A DNA stretch of 64,000 nucleotides from Candidatus Poribacteria bacterium (GCA_963665845.2 OY762492.1:544001-608000); one strand, 5' to 3'; shown: positions 26,247-37,077, counted from the stretch's first letter. Numbers and translations are program-made. Notes: generated by a model from the sequence alone, not told the origin.

Positions 26247-28367
26247 TTATGAAGCGGAATTGTGAGAATCAACAAAAGCGCTCCAGTCGAAATTGCGAAA
26301 GCTGGCGCGGTATTCGCCCGGCTCAAGCCGCTTCGACTCGCCTTCCCAATGGACCGCCGCGGCGGTTTCAACATGAAGCGTTCCGTCGCCGCTCGCCCAT
26401 TCAACCTGAAAGTCGATCGGCTCTTCGGCTCGCAGCTCCGTTTTTCCGTTGATGCGCAGTTCGCGGAACCCGACGCATTGCATGCCGTTTTCAGAAACGC
26501 AGTAGGCGTCCGCGTCCATGAAGGCGCCGCGCTCGTTGAAGACGCCGAAGGCGCATCGTTCATCTCCTGCGCGAAAGCGGTTGGGACCGCCGCGCTCTAG
26601 TTGAAGGTTCGGCTCTATCGTGAAGAGGAGCGCGTGAACGGCGTCTTCACTGCGCCATTCGTCTGGAGTTTGGCCGTCTAAAGCGCAGACGCGCAATCGG
26701 TTCTGTCCGCTTTGGACAGCCCATTCATGCCCGGTTTTTTCAAAGGCGGCGTCCGGGTCGGTCGGTTCAAAGAGGCGCGCGAGGGAGGCGGGGCGTTGTT
26801 CGCCCGTCCGTTCGTCCGCAATCAAAATGTAGCGGTTGAAGCGCCAGAAGACGCGGCGCGTCCATGTATCAAACGCGAGGCGCATATACGCAAAATCGGA
26901 CATGTCCGCTGTGCGGAGGAGGCGTCCGCCGCCCGGCTCCTCTGTCCATGCCCCCGCTTTGAGCCATGCGCGTCCGCGCCAGGAGAGGCGGTTCATCTCT
27001 GCCCCGACGGAGAGATATTCGCCGTTTGGGCTAAGGTCCTGACGCAGCGCGGCGCGCGCCGTTTTTCCGCCAGGAGCGGGGACGGCGGATATGCGCGGGA
27101 TATTGCGCGGCTCTTCGGGAAGGCGGTCGGGCATGTAGGGGCTTGTCGTCCAGCTGGCGGCGATGTTCGCGTCCTCCGTTTCAAACCACCGCCGCAGCCA
27201 GAGCGGTTTGCCGTCGTTTGTAAAGGCTGCAATCTTGGAGAGCAGATTATGGGCATGCGGAGCCGCGTCTTCGCCGACGATACGGCGTTTTTCGTTGTCC
27301 GCGTCTGCCAGTATCGACTGCGCCATTTCGTTCAGCGGCGCCTCGTCCAGCCGCTCGTAATTCTCCGTCCTGAGCAGATAGGTCATCCATATGTCTAGGA
27401 TGGCGGGGTCTCTTGTGTCAGGGTCGTTCACATTGAACATGCGCTCAACCGCCTTTTCATGCTGCCGAAACGGGTTTTGTCCGTAGAGGCGGTTCAGACA
27501 GCTCCCGATATGGACGAGCGCCATCGCCTGCGCGCATGCGCCCCGCGTCAAGGGGCGGACAGGTTCAAAGGCGTTTGCGGCGTCTCTGCCGGCGCTCAGG
27601 AGCGTTCTGTCCATCTGGAGGCGAAACGGGTCATCGAAGTAGGGGCTGTCGTGTACGAGCGTCCATGCGAGCGCCAGTTTCCATGCATTTTCGGCGGGGA
27701 GAGGGCTGTTAAAGGCGCCGTTTAGCAGGCGGCGCGCCAGTTCCGCCCAGGCGGCTTGGTCCGTTTGATAATGGTAAAAGAGCGCGTCAACGGCGCGTTG
27801 TATCCGCGAATCGGGTTCGTTTTTGGCGGTTTGGAGAATGCGTTCCAGTTCAGCCTCGTTTGGAAGGGCGCGCTGGTTTTTTTCAGAGACGCAGAAGTTG
27901 AGACGGCGCAGATAAAGCGTTCCATCGCGTTCGGCGGTTACCTGTGAAAAGGAGCGGTGGAGGCCGATGACCGCTTCATGCGTCTGTTGATAGTCGGATC
28001 CGCCAATCAGGAGTATGTTTTTGCCGAGTCCGAGAGGGTTTGAAAGAGACCGTATCTCCACGCCGCGCGGGCCGGGATACGCCGCGTCGGTGAAACATAA
28101 GCTGCGTTGGTATAACTTTAGGATCGCTGGGTTGTCTAGAATGCTGCCGAAAAGGACGAGATGAAAATCGGCGAAGTCGTCGTCGGTAAGTTCGTCGGGC
28201 GCGACCTGGGCAGGTTCGGTTCGCGTGTATTCTCGGACGCGGACGCAGAAACGATGCGCAAGCTGGCTCCAGTTCGGCTTGTCCGGAGCCGCGACCTTGC
28301 AGTACGGGCGGGATTCGTCCGCGAGCGGGATCTCGGTCAAGCGGGGCGCTGGCGCGTCTATGTTCAT
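26247..28367 (-). CDS. Large hypothetical protein
   Basis: ~706-aa ORF with ATG 28367 overlapping the tsaB stop. N-terminal YPGPRG..IRSLSNP.G.GKNILLIGGSD. Confidence 0.75.
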   Translation of the reverse strand: MNIDAPAPRLTEIPLADESRPYCKVAAPDKPNWSQLAHRFCVRVREYTRTEPAQVAPDELTDDDFADFHLVLFGSILDNPAILKLYQRSLCFTDAAYPGPRGVEIRSLSNPLGLGKNILLIGGSDYQQTHEAVIGLHRSFSQVTAERDGTLYLRRLNFCVSEKNQRALPNEAELERILQTAKNEPDSRIQRAVDALFYHYQTDQAAWAELARRLLNGAFNSPLPAENAWKLALAWTLVHDSPYFDDPFRLQMDRTLLSAGRDAANAFEPVRPLTRGACAQAMALVHIGSCLNRLYGQNPFRQHEKAVERMFNVNDPDTRDPAILDIWMTYLLRTENYERLDEAPLNEMAQSILADADNEKRRIVGEDAAPHAHNLLSKIAAFTNDGKPLWLRRWFETEDANIAASWTTSPYMPDRLPEEPRNIPRISAVPAPGGKTARAALRQDLSPNGEYLSVGAEMNRLSWRGRAWLKAGAWTEEPGGGRLLRTADMSDFAYMRLAFDTWTRRVFWRFNRYILIADERTGEQRPASLARLFEPTDPDAAFEKTGHEWAVQSGQNRLRVCALDGQTPDEWRSEDAVHALLFTIEPNLQLERGGPNRFRAGDERCAFGVFNERGAFMDADAYCVSENGMQCVGFRELRINGKTELRAEEPIDFQVEWASGDGTLHVETAAAVHWEGESKRLEPGEYRASFRNFDWSAFVDSHNSAS

Positions 28368-29071
28368 GAGGCGTCCTTCTGTTGAGCGGCCAATTCCGCT
28401 TCGGGCTTGCGGATGTAGATCGGCGCGGCGGCATGAATATCCCGATACGCTTTCGGGTTTTCGCTGTAGGCGAAAGATCCGATGTCGGCGACATCCGCGG
28501 GGCTGATCCAGTCGGTCGGTCCGCTGTTGAAATGGGCGAGCTTTTTGAGCTTCGACCAAATCTGCATGCGGTATGTTTCGGCTCCGCTTCCGACAAACAG
28601 CGTCTCCTCCTCAATGCTCTCCACAACCTCTTCGACGGATCGGCAGCGCGCCGGTCCGACCCGTTCCAGCTCATCGCCGGAGGCGGAAGGGCGGTAATGC
28701 CCCTCGTACACCTCATTTTTGCGCGCGTCGAACAGAACGCAGATGGGGCGGCGCGCATGCCGATACCGATGCGCCGCCGCATCCAGCGACGGGACGCAGA
28801 CGAGCGGCAAACCGCATGCATACGCCAGAGCCTTCGCGCAGGACATGCCGATGCGAACGGCGGTGAACGATCCCGGACCCGCCGACACGCAGACCAGATC
28901 CAGCGACTTGGGCGTCCATCCGACAAGCCGCATGAGATTGTCAAGGGCGGGCGTCAACCTTTCGGCATGACGCCGCTCCATATCGGCGACCGTTTGACCC
29001 GCGATCCGCCCGTTTTCTACGAGAGCGGCGCCGCCCGTTTGCGCAGATGTATCGATTCCAAGGACGCGCAT
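28364..29071 (-). CDS. tsaB: tRNA t6A modification protein TsaB
   Basis: LGIDTS, GPGSFTAVRIG, DARKNEVY and PIYIR. Confidence 0.93.
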   Translation of the reverse strand: MRVLGIDTSAQTGGAALVENGRIAGQTVADMERRHAERLTPALDNLMRLVGWTPKSLDLVCVSAGPGSFTAVRIGMSCAKALAYACGLPLVCVPSLDAAAHRYRHARRPICVLFDARKNEVYEGHYRPSASGDELERVGPARCRSVEEVVESIEEETLFVGSGAETYRMQIWSKLKKLAHFNSGPTDWISPADVADIGSFAYSENPKAYRDIHAAAPIYIRKPEAELAAQQKDAS

Positions 29072-29073
29072 CG

Positions 29074-30279
29074 TTACGCCCGCGCCCCGTCCAAGATCGA
29101 CCGGTAAACCGAGTAGGTTTCCAGCTCTTGAGGGAGGAGAACCGCTTTTTTCAGGTAAAGCCCCTTGTTCCGTTTTCCGCGTTCGCGGGCGATCTGTCCG
29201 CGCGATTTCATTTGGTCTAGGCTTGCGCCTGCATGCGCCACTTCGCCGTCGTAGAGACCGATGAACTGATTTGGAAATCGGCGCACGTAGTCGTCCCTGT
29301 TTTCTTCAAACAGCTCCGCTTGATCAGCGATGGATCGGCGTATCTCGTCCAGCAGGCTTGGCTCGTTGTTGCGGTCGGCGAAGTAGCCTTCAGCCGCGCG
29401 GAGCGGATCGCCGCGCAGGTCAATCTCTTCCAGCTCGGCCGGTCCGAGACCGCGTTCCGCCGCCAACTTGACAGGGTTGCGGTCGAAGTGGAAGGGAGAG
29501 TCGGGGTAGTCGCCAAGCGGATCGAAACCCATGATGTGCATGGCGGCGGCGTCCGCGGCGATCGTGTTGTTGCCGGCGATGAGCCATCCTGGTTCAACCG
29601 CTTCGGCATGCCATTCGGCGCGCGTCTGCCCGACGATTCCGTCGATGACGCACAGGGAAGGGCGCAAAATCAGCCCAAGATCCGCGATGACGCGCGGCAG
29701 GCGGATCGGCGCATGAAGATAACGGCGCGGGCAGCCGTAAGCGCTGGTGGGCGGTATCCCGAACAGATTTTTGAGCGTCAAGGTCGCCCCGGTGGAGAGG
29801 TGCGCCTTCATCTTGGCGATGGAGACGACCGCGTCTGCCGCCGCCATCTCTTCGCTCATCACATATTCACTGAACATGAGTCCGCCGCCAGGAACCTCAA
29901 AGTTGGCGTACGGCTCGTCGTTGTAGTCGACGATCTCGACATTCAGCCGTTTGAGCGGTTCGGTGATGCCGACCGCCTCCGCCACCTCTTCGCATCGTAT
30001 GCCGGTGGAAGCGTCCCCTAGAACGATGCGCGCGTCGGTACAGCCGCGCAGCCATGCGGCCGTCGCTGCGACGACGGAGGCGTCCGCCAGCGCGATCTGC
30101 CGCCCCCGTTTCAACCGCACATCCTTGATGCCCAAATTCGATTTAATGGCGATCCGCTCCATAGAGCCGAACGACTCCGCCATGCCGTCCATGTTGTCGA
30201 GCATGTCGAACAGCGCGGCGCGTATTTTCTCGTCGCTTGCGTCGGAGCCGCAGTATCGGGCGTTCACAATCGGTTTCAT
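29074..30279 (-). CDS. DUF362-domain protein
   Basis: KMKAH..TGATLTLKNLFG, VIDGIVG and AADA. Confidence 0.85.
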   Translation of the reverse strand: MKPIVNARYCGSDASDEKIRAALFDMLDNMDGMAESFGSMERIAIKSNLGIKDVRLKRGRQIALADASVVAATAAWLRGCTDARIVLGDASTGIRCEEVAEAVGITEPLKRLNVEIVDYNDEPYANFEVPGGGLMFSEYVMSEEMAAADAVVSIAKMKAHLSTGATLTLKNLFGIPPTSAYGCPRRYLHAPIRLPRVIADLGLILRPSLCVIDGIVGQTRAEWHAEAVEPGWLIAGNNTIAADAAAMHIMGFDPLGDYPDSPFHFDRNPVKLAAERGLGPAELEEIDLRGDPLRAAEGYFADRNNEPSLLDEIRRSIADQAELFEENRDDYVRRFPNQFIGLYDGEVAHAGASLDQMKSRGQIARERGKRNKGLYLKKAVLLPQELETYSVYRSILDGARA

Positions 30280-30310
30280 CGTCTCCTCCTATTCATCTCC
30301 TGTCCGCGCG

Positions 30311-32512
30311 TCAGGCGTCCAGCTGCATTCCGCCGGCGCTTCTGACAAACGCGACCGTTTTCAATCCTCTCGTCAATCCGTTCATCTGATCTACGTCCTG
30401 CTCGTCGGCGTCGTCAATGCGCGGGAATCCGACGAAGGTGAGCGCCGCGTCTTTCGACTCGCGCCGCAGAGCCGCCCCGGCGTCGCTTGAAACGGCGACG
30501 ACCGGCTCCGCCTCAATGCGCGCCAATTCGGACAGCTCCCTTAGGTTCTGGAGCGTCTCTTCGCGCTCCGATTCGTTTGCTGCGACTCGAATAAGCCGAA
30601 TGGGGCGCGCCCTCCATTCCGAGCTTTGCGTCAAGAGATGCGCCAAAAGCAGCATGAGCGACCCGTTCGCGCCGCCGCTCCACCACACATCGACCGGCCC
30701 GTCGGGCGTCTGCCATGGATCGCCGTTGTCCTCTTCATAACGCATGGCGACGACGCTGCAGTCCAGCTGCGTCACCGTATGCAGCGTCCGGCAGAGCGTC
30801 TGCGCCGCCTCTGAAGTGATTTCGTTCGGCCACTGAATGAGCGTCGTATTCGGACGAATGCCGCCGATGCCGTGGCACTGCGCCAGGGAACGAATGCCTT
30901 CATCAACGTCAGGCGACACCACCGCGACGGTGAAGGCGGAAACGCCCTGCTCTTGAATGAATTCGCGCAGCTCCCGCTCCTGAATGTCTCGGCTCCGCAT
31001 CCAGTGGTTCGGGTCGCCGACGATGATCTGCGCCAACGACAGAATGCCGCGATTGCTTGCAAACCAGTGTCCGTAAGCCGCCAGCTTCCGCTGATCCCAC
31101 TCGCCGCTCATCGGCGCAAGGATGGTCGGGCGCCAATTTTTGGGATGGTATTTGACCTCTTCCAGCCTGAGCAGATTTCGGCGGGCGCGTTCATACATCC
31201 CGCCGCTCTGAACGTCCCCCCAGTGCCATTCGATCTCATGCCGGCGGATCAGATAGTAGATGACGCCCATGACAGCGATGGAGACGATTGCCCAGACAGG
31301 CTCCACAAGAAACATGGCGGCTGCGCAGCCCGCCGCGCCCAGAAGCGCCGTTGACCAGTGAGAGAAGCGGAAGCGGGGGCGGTAACTCGGGTTGCGGGCA
31401 AACGCTTCGCTGAAGGTGGCAAAGTTCAAAACCCCGTAGGTGATCAGAAAAAACATGGTGATGACAGGCGCGATGGCGTCCAGATCGCCGACCATGATCC
31501 CGATCTGCGCGATGCCAAAGGTGAGAACAATGGCGCGGCGCGGCTCGTTCGCTTTTCCGCTGCCATGTCCAAAGAAACGGAGAACGCGGAACACGTCGTC
31601 CACGCCGAACTGCTGGAGTATTCTGGGCGCGCCCATCATGCTGCCGAGGGCGGAGGAGGCTGTCGCCGCCAACGCCCCCGCGGTGATGAGCGGCGTCCAT
31701 TTCGCCAGATCTGCCATAGCGCGTTTGCCTTCCGCCAGCGCGGGAAGCGAACGCGCCGCGCTCATGCAAACAACAATGCCCGCATACACGACTGTTGTCA
31801 CGCCGATGGCAAGCAGCGTCCCGCGTGGAATCGACCGCCCAGGGTCTTTCAAGTCGCCCGACATGTTTGCGCCCGCCATGATGCCGGTCACCGCTGGGAA
31901 GAAGATGGCGAACACATCAAAAAAACCGTCCCCTTGAGCATAGTTCGTTCCGACATTCTCCCGCAGCTGTCCAAGGTCAATCTGCGGCGCAACCCCGACA
32001 AAGAAGGAGACAAGCGACAAACCCAGCGTCGCTAAAATAAAATACTGAACGCGGATTGTCCAGCCTGCGCCGATGAAGACGCAGATGAAGACGACCAGAT
32101 TGACGACGGTGGCGATTTGCCGCTCCGTATATCTTGCGTCCAGCGTCTCAAAGGAGCTGCGCAGCTCCTCCGAGAATCCGATCACATACATGGCGACCAC
32201 CACCGCCTGCGCCAGAAAGAAGACGATGCCGATGGCGGAGCCGAATTCAACGCCGAGGCTTCTAGAGATAAGGTAGTAGGCGCCTCCTCCGCCGACGCGG
32301 ATATTGGTGGCGATTGCCGAGAGCGACAGCGCTGTCAGCAGCGTGATCGCCGAACTCAACAGGACGATGAGAACGCCTTGAAGCATCCCCGCCCGCCCGA
32401 CGCAGACGCCGAGGCGCAGAAACATGATGACGCCCAGGATCGTCAAAACGCATGGGGTGAAGACTCCTCCGAAGGTTCCAAACCGCCCTGGCGTCGTTCG
32501 GTCGGCGGGCAT
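30311..32512 (-). CDS. Cation-chloride cotransporter (SLC12/CCC-like APC permease)
   Basis: FGTFGGVF, GGGAYYLISRSLG, FFPAVTGIMAG, SGDLKDP..SIP.GT, HPKNWRP, and a C-terminal domain with DVWW. Confidence 0.9.
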   Translation of the reverse strand: MPADRTTPGRFGTFGGVFTPCVLTILGVIMFLRLGVCVGRAGMLQGVLIVLLSSAITLLTALSLSAIATNIRVGGGGAYYLISRSLGVEFGSAIGIVFFLAQAVVVAMYVIGFSEELRSSFETLDARYTERQIATVVNLVVFICVFIGAGWTIRVQYFILATLGLSLVSFFVGVAPQIDLGQLRENVGTNYAQGDGFFDVFAIFFPAVTGIMAGANMSGDLKDPGRSIPRGTLLAIGVTTVVYAGIVVCMSAARSLPALAEGKRAMADLAKWTPLITAGALAATASSALGSMMGAPRILQQFGVDDVFRVLRFFGHGSGKANEPRRAIVLTFGIAQIGIMVGDLDAIAPVITMFFLITYGVLNFATFSEAFARNPSYRPRFRFSHWSTALLGAAGCAAAMFLVEPVWAIVSIAVMGVIYYLIRRHEIEWHWGDVQSGGMYERARRNLLRLEEVKYHPKNWRPTILAPMSGEWDQRKLAAYGHWFASNRGILSLAQIIVGDPNHWMRSRDIQERELREFIQEQGVSAFTVAVVSPDVDEGIRSLAQCHGIGGIRPNTTLIQWPNEITSEAAQTLCRTLHTVTQLDCSVVAMRYEEDNGDPWQTPDGPVDVWWSGGANGSLMLLLAHLLTQSSEWRARPIRLIRVAANESEREETLQNLRELSELARIEAEPVVAVSSDAGAALRRESKDAALTFVGFPRIDDADEQDVDQMNGLTRGLKTVAFVRSAGGMQLDA

Positions 32513-32622
32513 GCGGTCGTCCTTTCTAGAAACGCCGTTTTATCGTATGCTTTTTCTGAACGCAGGGCAATCGGCAGCCCTGCCATGAAGTTTAACTCAA
32601 AAAACGCTGGAAAGGCGGATCA

Positions 32623-33459
32623 ATGATTAAAGTCGGCTGCATGTCGCTCAGCTATAAGGATGTGTGGAACGAGGCGGGGATGACGATAGAAGGCTTTTTG
32701 GAACGCGCCTATGAGCTGCGCCTGGACGGCGTCGACCTGCATACAAGCGCGTTTGACGACACGGGCGATGCCGCGCTCCGCAAGATACGGCTTGCGTGTC
32801 AAGAACGGGGGCTGGCTGTTTCGTATATCGGCGTCAGCAACAACTTCGGCAAGACGGGCGCCGCTCTGCGGGCGGACATCGATCTGGTGAAAACGTGGGT
32901 CGACACGGCGGCGCGCATGGGCGTTCCGATGGTACGCATCTTTGCCGCCTGGCTGCCGAAGGATGAGCCTGAGGAGCGGGTGTGGGAACGCATGCTCGGC
33001 GCTTTGCGGGAGACGACCGACCATGCCGCGGAAAAAGGGGTCTCGCTTGGGCTGCATAACCATAACCATGGATGCGTGACGCGGACGGGCGCGGACGTTC
33101 TGCGCATTTTGGACGCGGTCGACAACCCGTACTTCACGCATATTCTGGACACAGGACAGTATGTCGGGTCGCCGGGGGCGTCTGGGGCGGATCGAGAGGC
33201 GCCGGGGACGGAGCGGCTGTACCGCAGTTTGGCGGAAAGCGCGCCGCGGGCTGTTCATGTGCGGGCGAAGTTTTACCGCGTCGCCGACGGGGAAGAAAAG
33301 TGGCTCGACTATCCGCGCATCCTGGACATTTTGAAGCGGGTCGGATTCAACGGATGGATGTCGGTTGTGTATGAAGGCTTTGACGCGGAGCCGTCCGCAA
33401 CGGCGGTACCGAAGGCGGTTCGCTGCCTGCGCCGCCTCCTGCGCGAGAGAGGCATGTAG
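32623..33459 (+). CDS. Sugar phosphate isomerase/epimerase family TIM barrel
   Basis: LGLHNHNHG, ILDTGQ and SVVYEG. Confidence 0.85.
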   Translation: MIKVGCMSLSYKDVWNEAGMTIEGFLERAYELRLDGVDLHTSAFDDTGDAALRKIRLACQERGLAVSYIGVSNNFGKTGAALRADIDLVKTWVDTAARMGVPMVRIFAAWLPKDEPEERVWERMLGALRETTDHAAEKGVSLGLHNHNHGCVTRTGADVLRILDAVDNPYFTHILDTGQYVGSPGASGADREAPGTERLYRSLAESAPRAVHVRAKFYRVADGEEKWLDYPRILDILKRVGFNGWMSVVYEGFDAEPSATAVPKAVRCLRRLLRERGM

Positions 33460-33465
33460 GCTTGT

Positions 33466-34395
33466 TCACTCCGTCTCTGTAGGCGTCGGCGGGGCGGGCG
33501 GTCTGTAAGGTCCGTCCGACCAGCCGATGATTCTCCATGCGTCCGATCCGTCCCGCGCGCGCGTCACATATATCTGCGCGGAGCCGACGCTCTGCCGGGC
33601 GCCTGTCTGTCCGCGAAACGCCATGCCGTAGTCGTATGAGATGACGGCCACATTGTCAGCCATCTGAAAGTCGCGCGGGCGGGACATTTCAACAATCGCT
33701 TCGTTGTCGTCTGGACGGAAGAGGCGGTTCATGACAATCTCTTGATAGACGTCGTCGCCCTGAATGAGAAAGTCGTCGTCCGGGTTTTGAGGCGTTCCGC
33801 GGTCGTGCGAATATTGAAAGCCCTCGTCCAGAGCGGAGAGAAACGCCTGCACATCGCGCCGCATGACCGCTTCGCGCAGGGCGCCTTCGACGGTGGCGAT
33901 GACCGCAAGCGCTTCAGGCGTCATGAGGGAGGGGTCTTCCGCCTCGCGCGCCAGGTCTTCCTCGCTGAGCAGCCCGGAGCCTTGCGCCGTTTCAAACAGA
34001 TCGGGCGCGGGCTGTTCCACCATGCTCGGCAGCGGCTCGGAGAGGGTCTCTTGCCCCTGTTCATCATTACTATTTGGAACGCCGGCGATTGGCGGAGAGA
34101 CCGTCGCGGGCGTCAACACGGGGTCTAACAGCGTTTGTACCACCTCCTCGTCGGTGAGATAGTCAAAGGTGTTGACGTCGGTCAACTGGAGCGGCTCCGA
34201 TCCAAACAGACCGGTATTGACGGTCTCTCCTTCTTCGGCGGCGGTTTCCGTTCCCGCTTCCGTTGAGAGTACGGGAGATGGCGCTATTTCTTCTTCAGCG
34301 GTTTTGTGCGGGTCGTAAAAGAAACCAAAATAGACCGTAGCGCCGACGGCGGCAAGCCCTGCGGCTGCGAGCAACCATGTGGACGATTTCATCAT
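33466..34395 (-). CDS. Hypothetical membrane-anchored protein, acidic linker + NTF2-like C-terminus
   Basis: N-terminal TM, E/P/T-rich linker, DVQAFLSALDE...WRIIGW. Confidence 0.7.
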   Translation of the reverse strand: MMKSSTWLLAAAGLAAVGATVYFGFFYDPHKTAEEEIAPSPVLSTEAGTETAAEEGETVNTGLFGSEPLQLTDVNTFDYLTDEEVVQTLLDPVLTPATVSPPIAGVPNSNDEQGQETLSEPLPSMVEQPAPDLFETAQGSGLLSEEDLAREAEDPSLMTPEALAVIATVEGALREAVMRRDVQAFLSALDEGFQYSHDRGTPQNPDDDFLIQGDDVYQEIVMNRLFRPDDNEAIVEMSRPRDFQMADNVAVISYDYGMAFRGQTGARQSVGSAQIYVTRARDGSDAWRIIGWSDGPYRPPAPPTPTETE

Positions 34396-34407
34396 TCTCT
34401 CCTTATT

Positions 34408-37077
34408 CTACTCCTTCAGCATGCGAATGTTCTTTGCGAGCTTGTCCTGCGCGGCTTCCAGTTCCTCTCGGCGCGCTCTCGCTTTTTCGACGACCGCGGC
34501 GGGCGCCCGGTTGAGAAAGTTTTCATTCGACAAGTTCTTCTCGGCGCGCTCCAGCTCCTTGTTGACCCGCGCCTTCTCTTTTTCAAGGCGGGCTGTCTCG
34601 GCGCCGATGTCGATGACGCCTTCCAGCGGGATGTACATCTCCACGCTTCCGACCACCGCGGCGGCGGAGGCGGGCGGCTTCGCGTGAAACTCCGCCACAT
34701 CCAGCGTGGACGCCTTCGCCAGCGCCGACATGTAACCCGCATGGGCGGACAGAGCCTCCCGCGCCGAGGCGTCGCGCGAATGCGCCAGAACAGCGATCTC
34801 CCGCGACGGCGGAACGTTCAGCTCGCCGCGAATGTTCCGCGCCGCGTTCACCGCCCCCATGACGACGCTCATCTGCCGCTCCGCTTCGGCGTCGATGTCG
34901 GACGGGTTGAAGGTTGGAAACTCGGCGCGGCATAAGCTGCCCTCTTCGACGCCGAGACGCTGCCACAGCTCCTCGGTCAAAAACGGCATGAACGGATGCA
35001 GCAGACGCAGGATCGCGTCAAAAACGGAGCGGAGCGTCTGCTGGGCGTCTCGGCGCGCCTGCGGATTCTCTTTCTGATAAAGGCGCGTCTTGGCAAGCTC
35101 CAGGTGCCAGTCGCAGAATTCATGCCAGATGAATTCATGGAGCGCGTTTGCCGCGTCGGCGAAACGGAACCGCTCTAGGCTGGTTTGGACCTCCTGAACG
35201 GTACGGGCGGTTCGGCTGACGATCCATCGGTCAACCGTTTCGTCGGAGCGGGCGGCGTTTGGATCAGGCTCAAAATCGCTGAGATGCGTCAAGACGAACC
35301 GCCCTGCGTTCCATATCTTGTTGGCGAAGTTGCGCGCCCCGGCGACCCGCCCCTCCTGAAGCTGCATCCAGTCCGCTTCGATCATGGCGGAAGCGATGGC
35401 GAAGCGGAGCGGGTCGGTTCCGTATTTGTCCATCATCTCCAGCGGATCGATCGTGTTGCCGCGCGACTTGCTCATCTTTTTCCCGTCGTCGCCCGCAAGC
35501 AGCGGATGCAGATAGACCGTTTTGAACGGGGGCGCGTTCTCCAGCTCCAGCGACAGGTTCGCCATGCGCGAAACCCAGAAGAAGAGAATGTCCCAGGCGG
35601 TCACCAGCGTATCGGTCGGGAAGAAGGTTTTGTAGGCGGGCGCCTCTCGGTTCGGCCATCCGAGCGTTGCGAGGGGCCAGATGCCGCTGCTGAACCATGT
35701 GTCTAAAACATCGCTGTCTTGCTCTAAGGGAATGCTGGAGCCGTAGTCGGCGCCGTATTTTTCCTGCGCTTGGGCGCGCGCGTCCGCCTCGTTTTCCGCC
35801 ACAAAATAGATGTCGTCCGGCGTCTTCCATGCGGGTATGCGGTGTCCCCACCAGCGTTTGCGCGCGAGCGGCCAGTCGCGTATGTTTTCCATCCACTGAA
35901 CGAATCGGCGCCCCTGATTTTCGGGAATGAAACGTATCTGCCCATTTTTAACCGCCTCGATGCCGGCGTCGGCAAGCGGGCGCATGCGCATAAACCACCC
36001 TGGAGCGACCAGCGGCTCAACAGGTACCCCTGTCCGTTCTGACAAGCCGATCGACACAAGATAGTCTTCCGTCTTGACCAAATGCCCGCTGGATGTTAGG
36101 TCTTTTAAAAGGCGCTCTCGGCAGTCGAATCGGTCAAGCCCTTCGTAGGGTCCGCCGTTTTTGTTGATCTGCGCCTTCGAGTTGAAAATGTCGATCCGCT
36201 TCAGCCCATGCCGCTTTCCGATCTCATAGTCGTTCGGGTCATGTCCAGGGGTCACTTTGAGCGCCCCTGTGCCGAATTCGGCGTCGACATACTCGTCCGC
36301 GATGACGGGCAGCTCCCGTCCAACCAGAGGCAGAATCGCTTTTTTGCCAATCTGTTTTTTGTAACGTTCGTCTTCAGGGTTGACCGCCACCGCCGTGTCG
36401 CCCAGCATCGTTTCGGGGCGCGTCGTGGCGACGATGAGCGCGTCGTCCGAATCTTTCAGCGGGTAGCGGATGTGGTACAGCTTGCCTTGCCGTTCCTCAT
36501 GCTCAACCTCAAGATCGCTGACGCTCGTTTCGAGGCTTGGGTCCCAGTTCACCATCTCTTCGCCGCGGTAGATATGCCCCGCTTTGTAGAGCCGTTTGAA
36601 AGCGATGGGAACCGCTTTGAGATAGTCTTCGTCTAGGGTGAACCGTTCGCGTTCCCAGTCGCAGGAGGCGCCGAGGCGCATGAGTTGTCCGACGATGGTT
36701 CCGCGGGAGGCGTCTTTTTCCTGATACATGCGTTCGATGAATTTTTCGCGTCCGAGGTCGTAGCGCGTTTGCCCTTTTTCTTTCAGTTTCCGCTCTAGGA
36801 CGACTTCGGCGGCGATGCCTGCATGGTCGGTGCCGGGCATCCAGAGCGCGTTGCAGCCGCTCATCCGCTTCCAGCGTATGAGTATGTCCTGGAGCGTGTT
36901 GTCCAGCGCATGCCCCACATGCAGGCTTCCGGTCACATTCGGCGGCGGAATGACGATGCAGTAGGGCGGCTTCTCCGATTCGTCTTCCGCGCGGAAGCAG
37001 CCGTTTTGCAGCCAGTAATCCAGTATGCGCTTTTCTAAATCGCTCGGTTCATACGCCTTCGACAGCTTAGAATCCAT
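34408..37077 (-). CDS. valS: Valine--tRNA ligase
   Basis: PPPNVTGSLHVGH, ATTRPETMLGD, KMSKS and C-terminal coiled coil. ATG 37077 has a GGAGG RBS. Confidence 0.97.
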   Translation of the reverse strand: MDSKLSKAYEPSDLEKRILDYWLQNGCFRAEDESEKPPYCIVIPPPNVTGSLHVGHALDNTLQDILIRWKRMSGCNALWMPGTDHAGIAAEVVLERKLKEKGQTRYDLGREKFIERMYQEKDASRGTIVGQLMRLGASCDWERERFTLDEDYLKAVPIAFKRLYKAGHIYRGEEMVNWDPSLETSVSDLEVEHEERQGKLYHIRYPLKDSDDALIVATTRPETMLGDTAVAVNPEDERYKKQIGKKAILPLVGRELPVIADEYVDAEFGTGALKVTPGHDPNDYEIGKRHGLKRIDIFNSKAQINKNGGPYEGLDRFDCRERLLKDLTSSGHLVKTEDYLVSIGLSERTGVPVEPLVAPGWFMRMRPLADAGIEAVKNGQIRFIPENQGRRFVQWMENIRDWPLARKRWWGHRIPAWKTPDDIYFVAENEADARAQAQEKYGADYGSSIPLEQDSDVLDTWFSSGIWPLATLGWPNREAPAYKTFFPTDTLVTAWDILFFWVSRMANLSLELENAPPFKTVYLHPLLAGDDGKKMSKSRGNTIDPLEMMDKYGTDPLRFAIASAMIEADWMQLQEGRVAGARNFANKIWNAGRFVLTHLSDFEPDPNAARSDETVDRWIVSRTARTVQEVQTSLERFRFADAANALHEFIWHEFCDWHLELAKTRLYQKENPQARRDAQQTLRSVFDAILRLLHPFMPFLTEELWQRLGVEEGSLCRAEFPTFNPSDIDAEAERQMSVVMGAVNAARNIRGELNVPPSREIAVLAHSRDASAREALSAHAGYMSALAKASTLDVAEFHAKPPASAAAVVGSVEMYIPLEGVIDIGAETARLEKEKARVNKELERAEKNLSNENFLNRAPAAVVEKARARREELEAAQDKLAKNIRMLKE

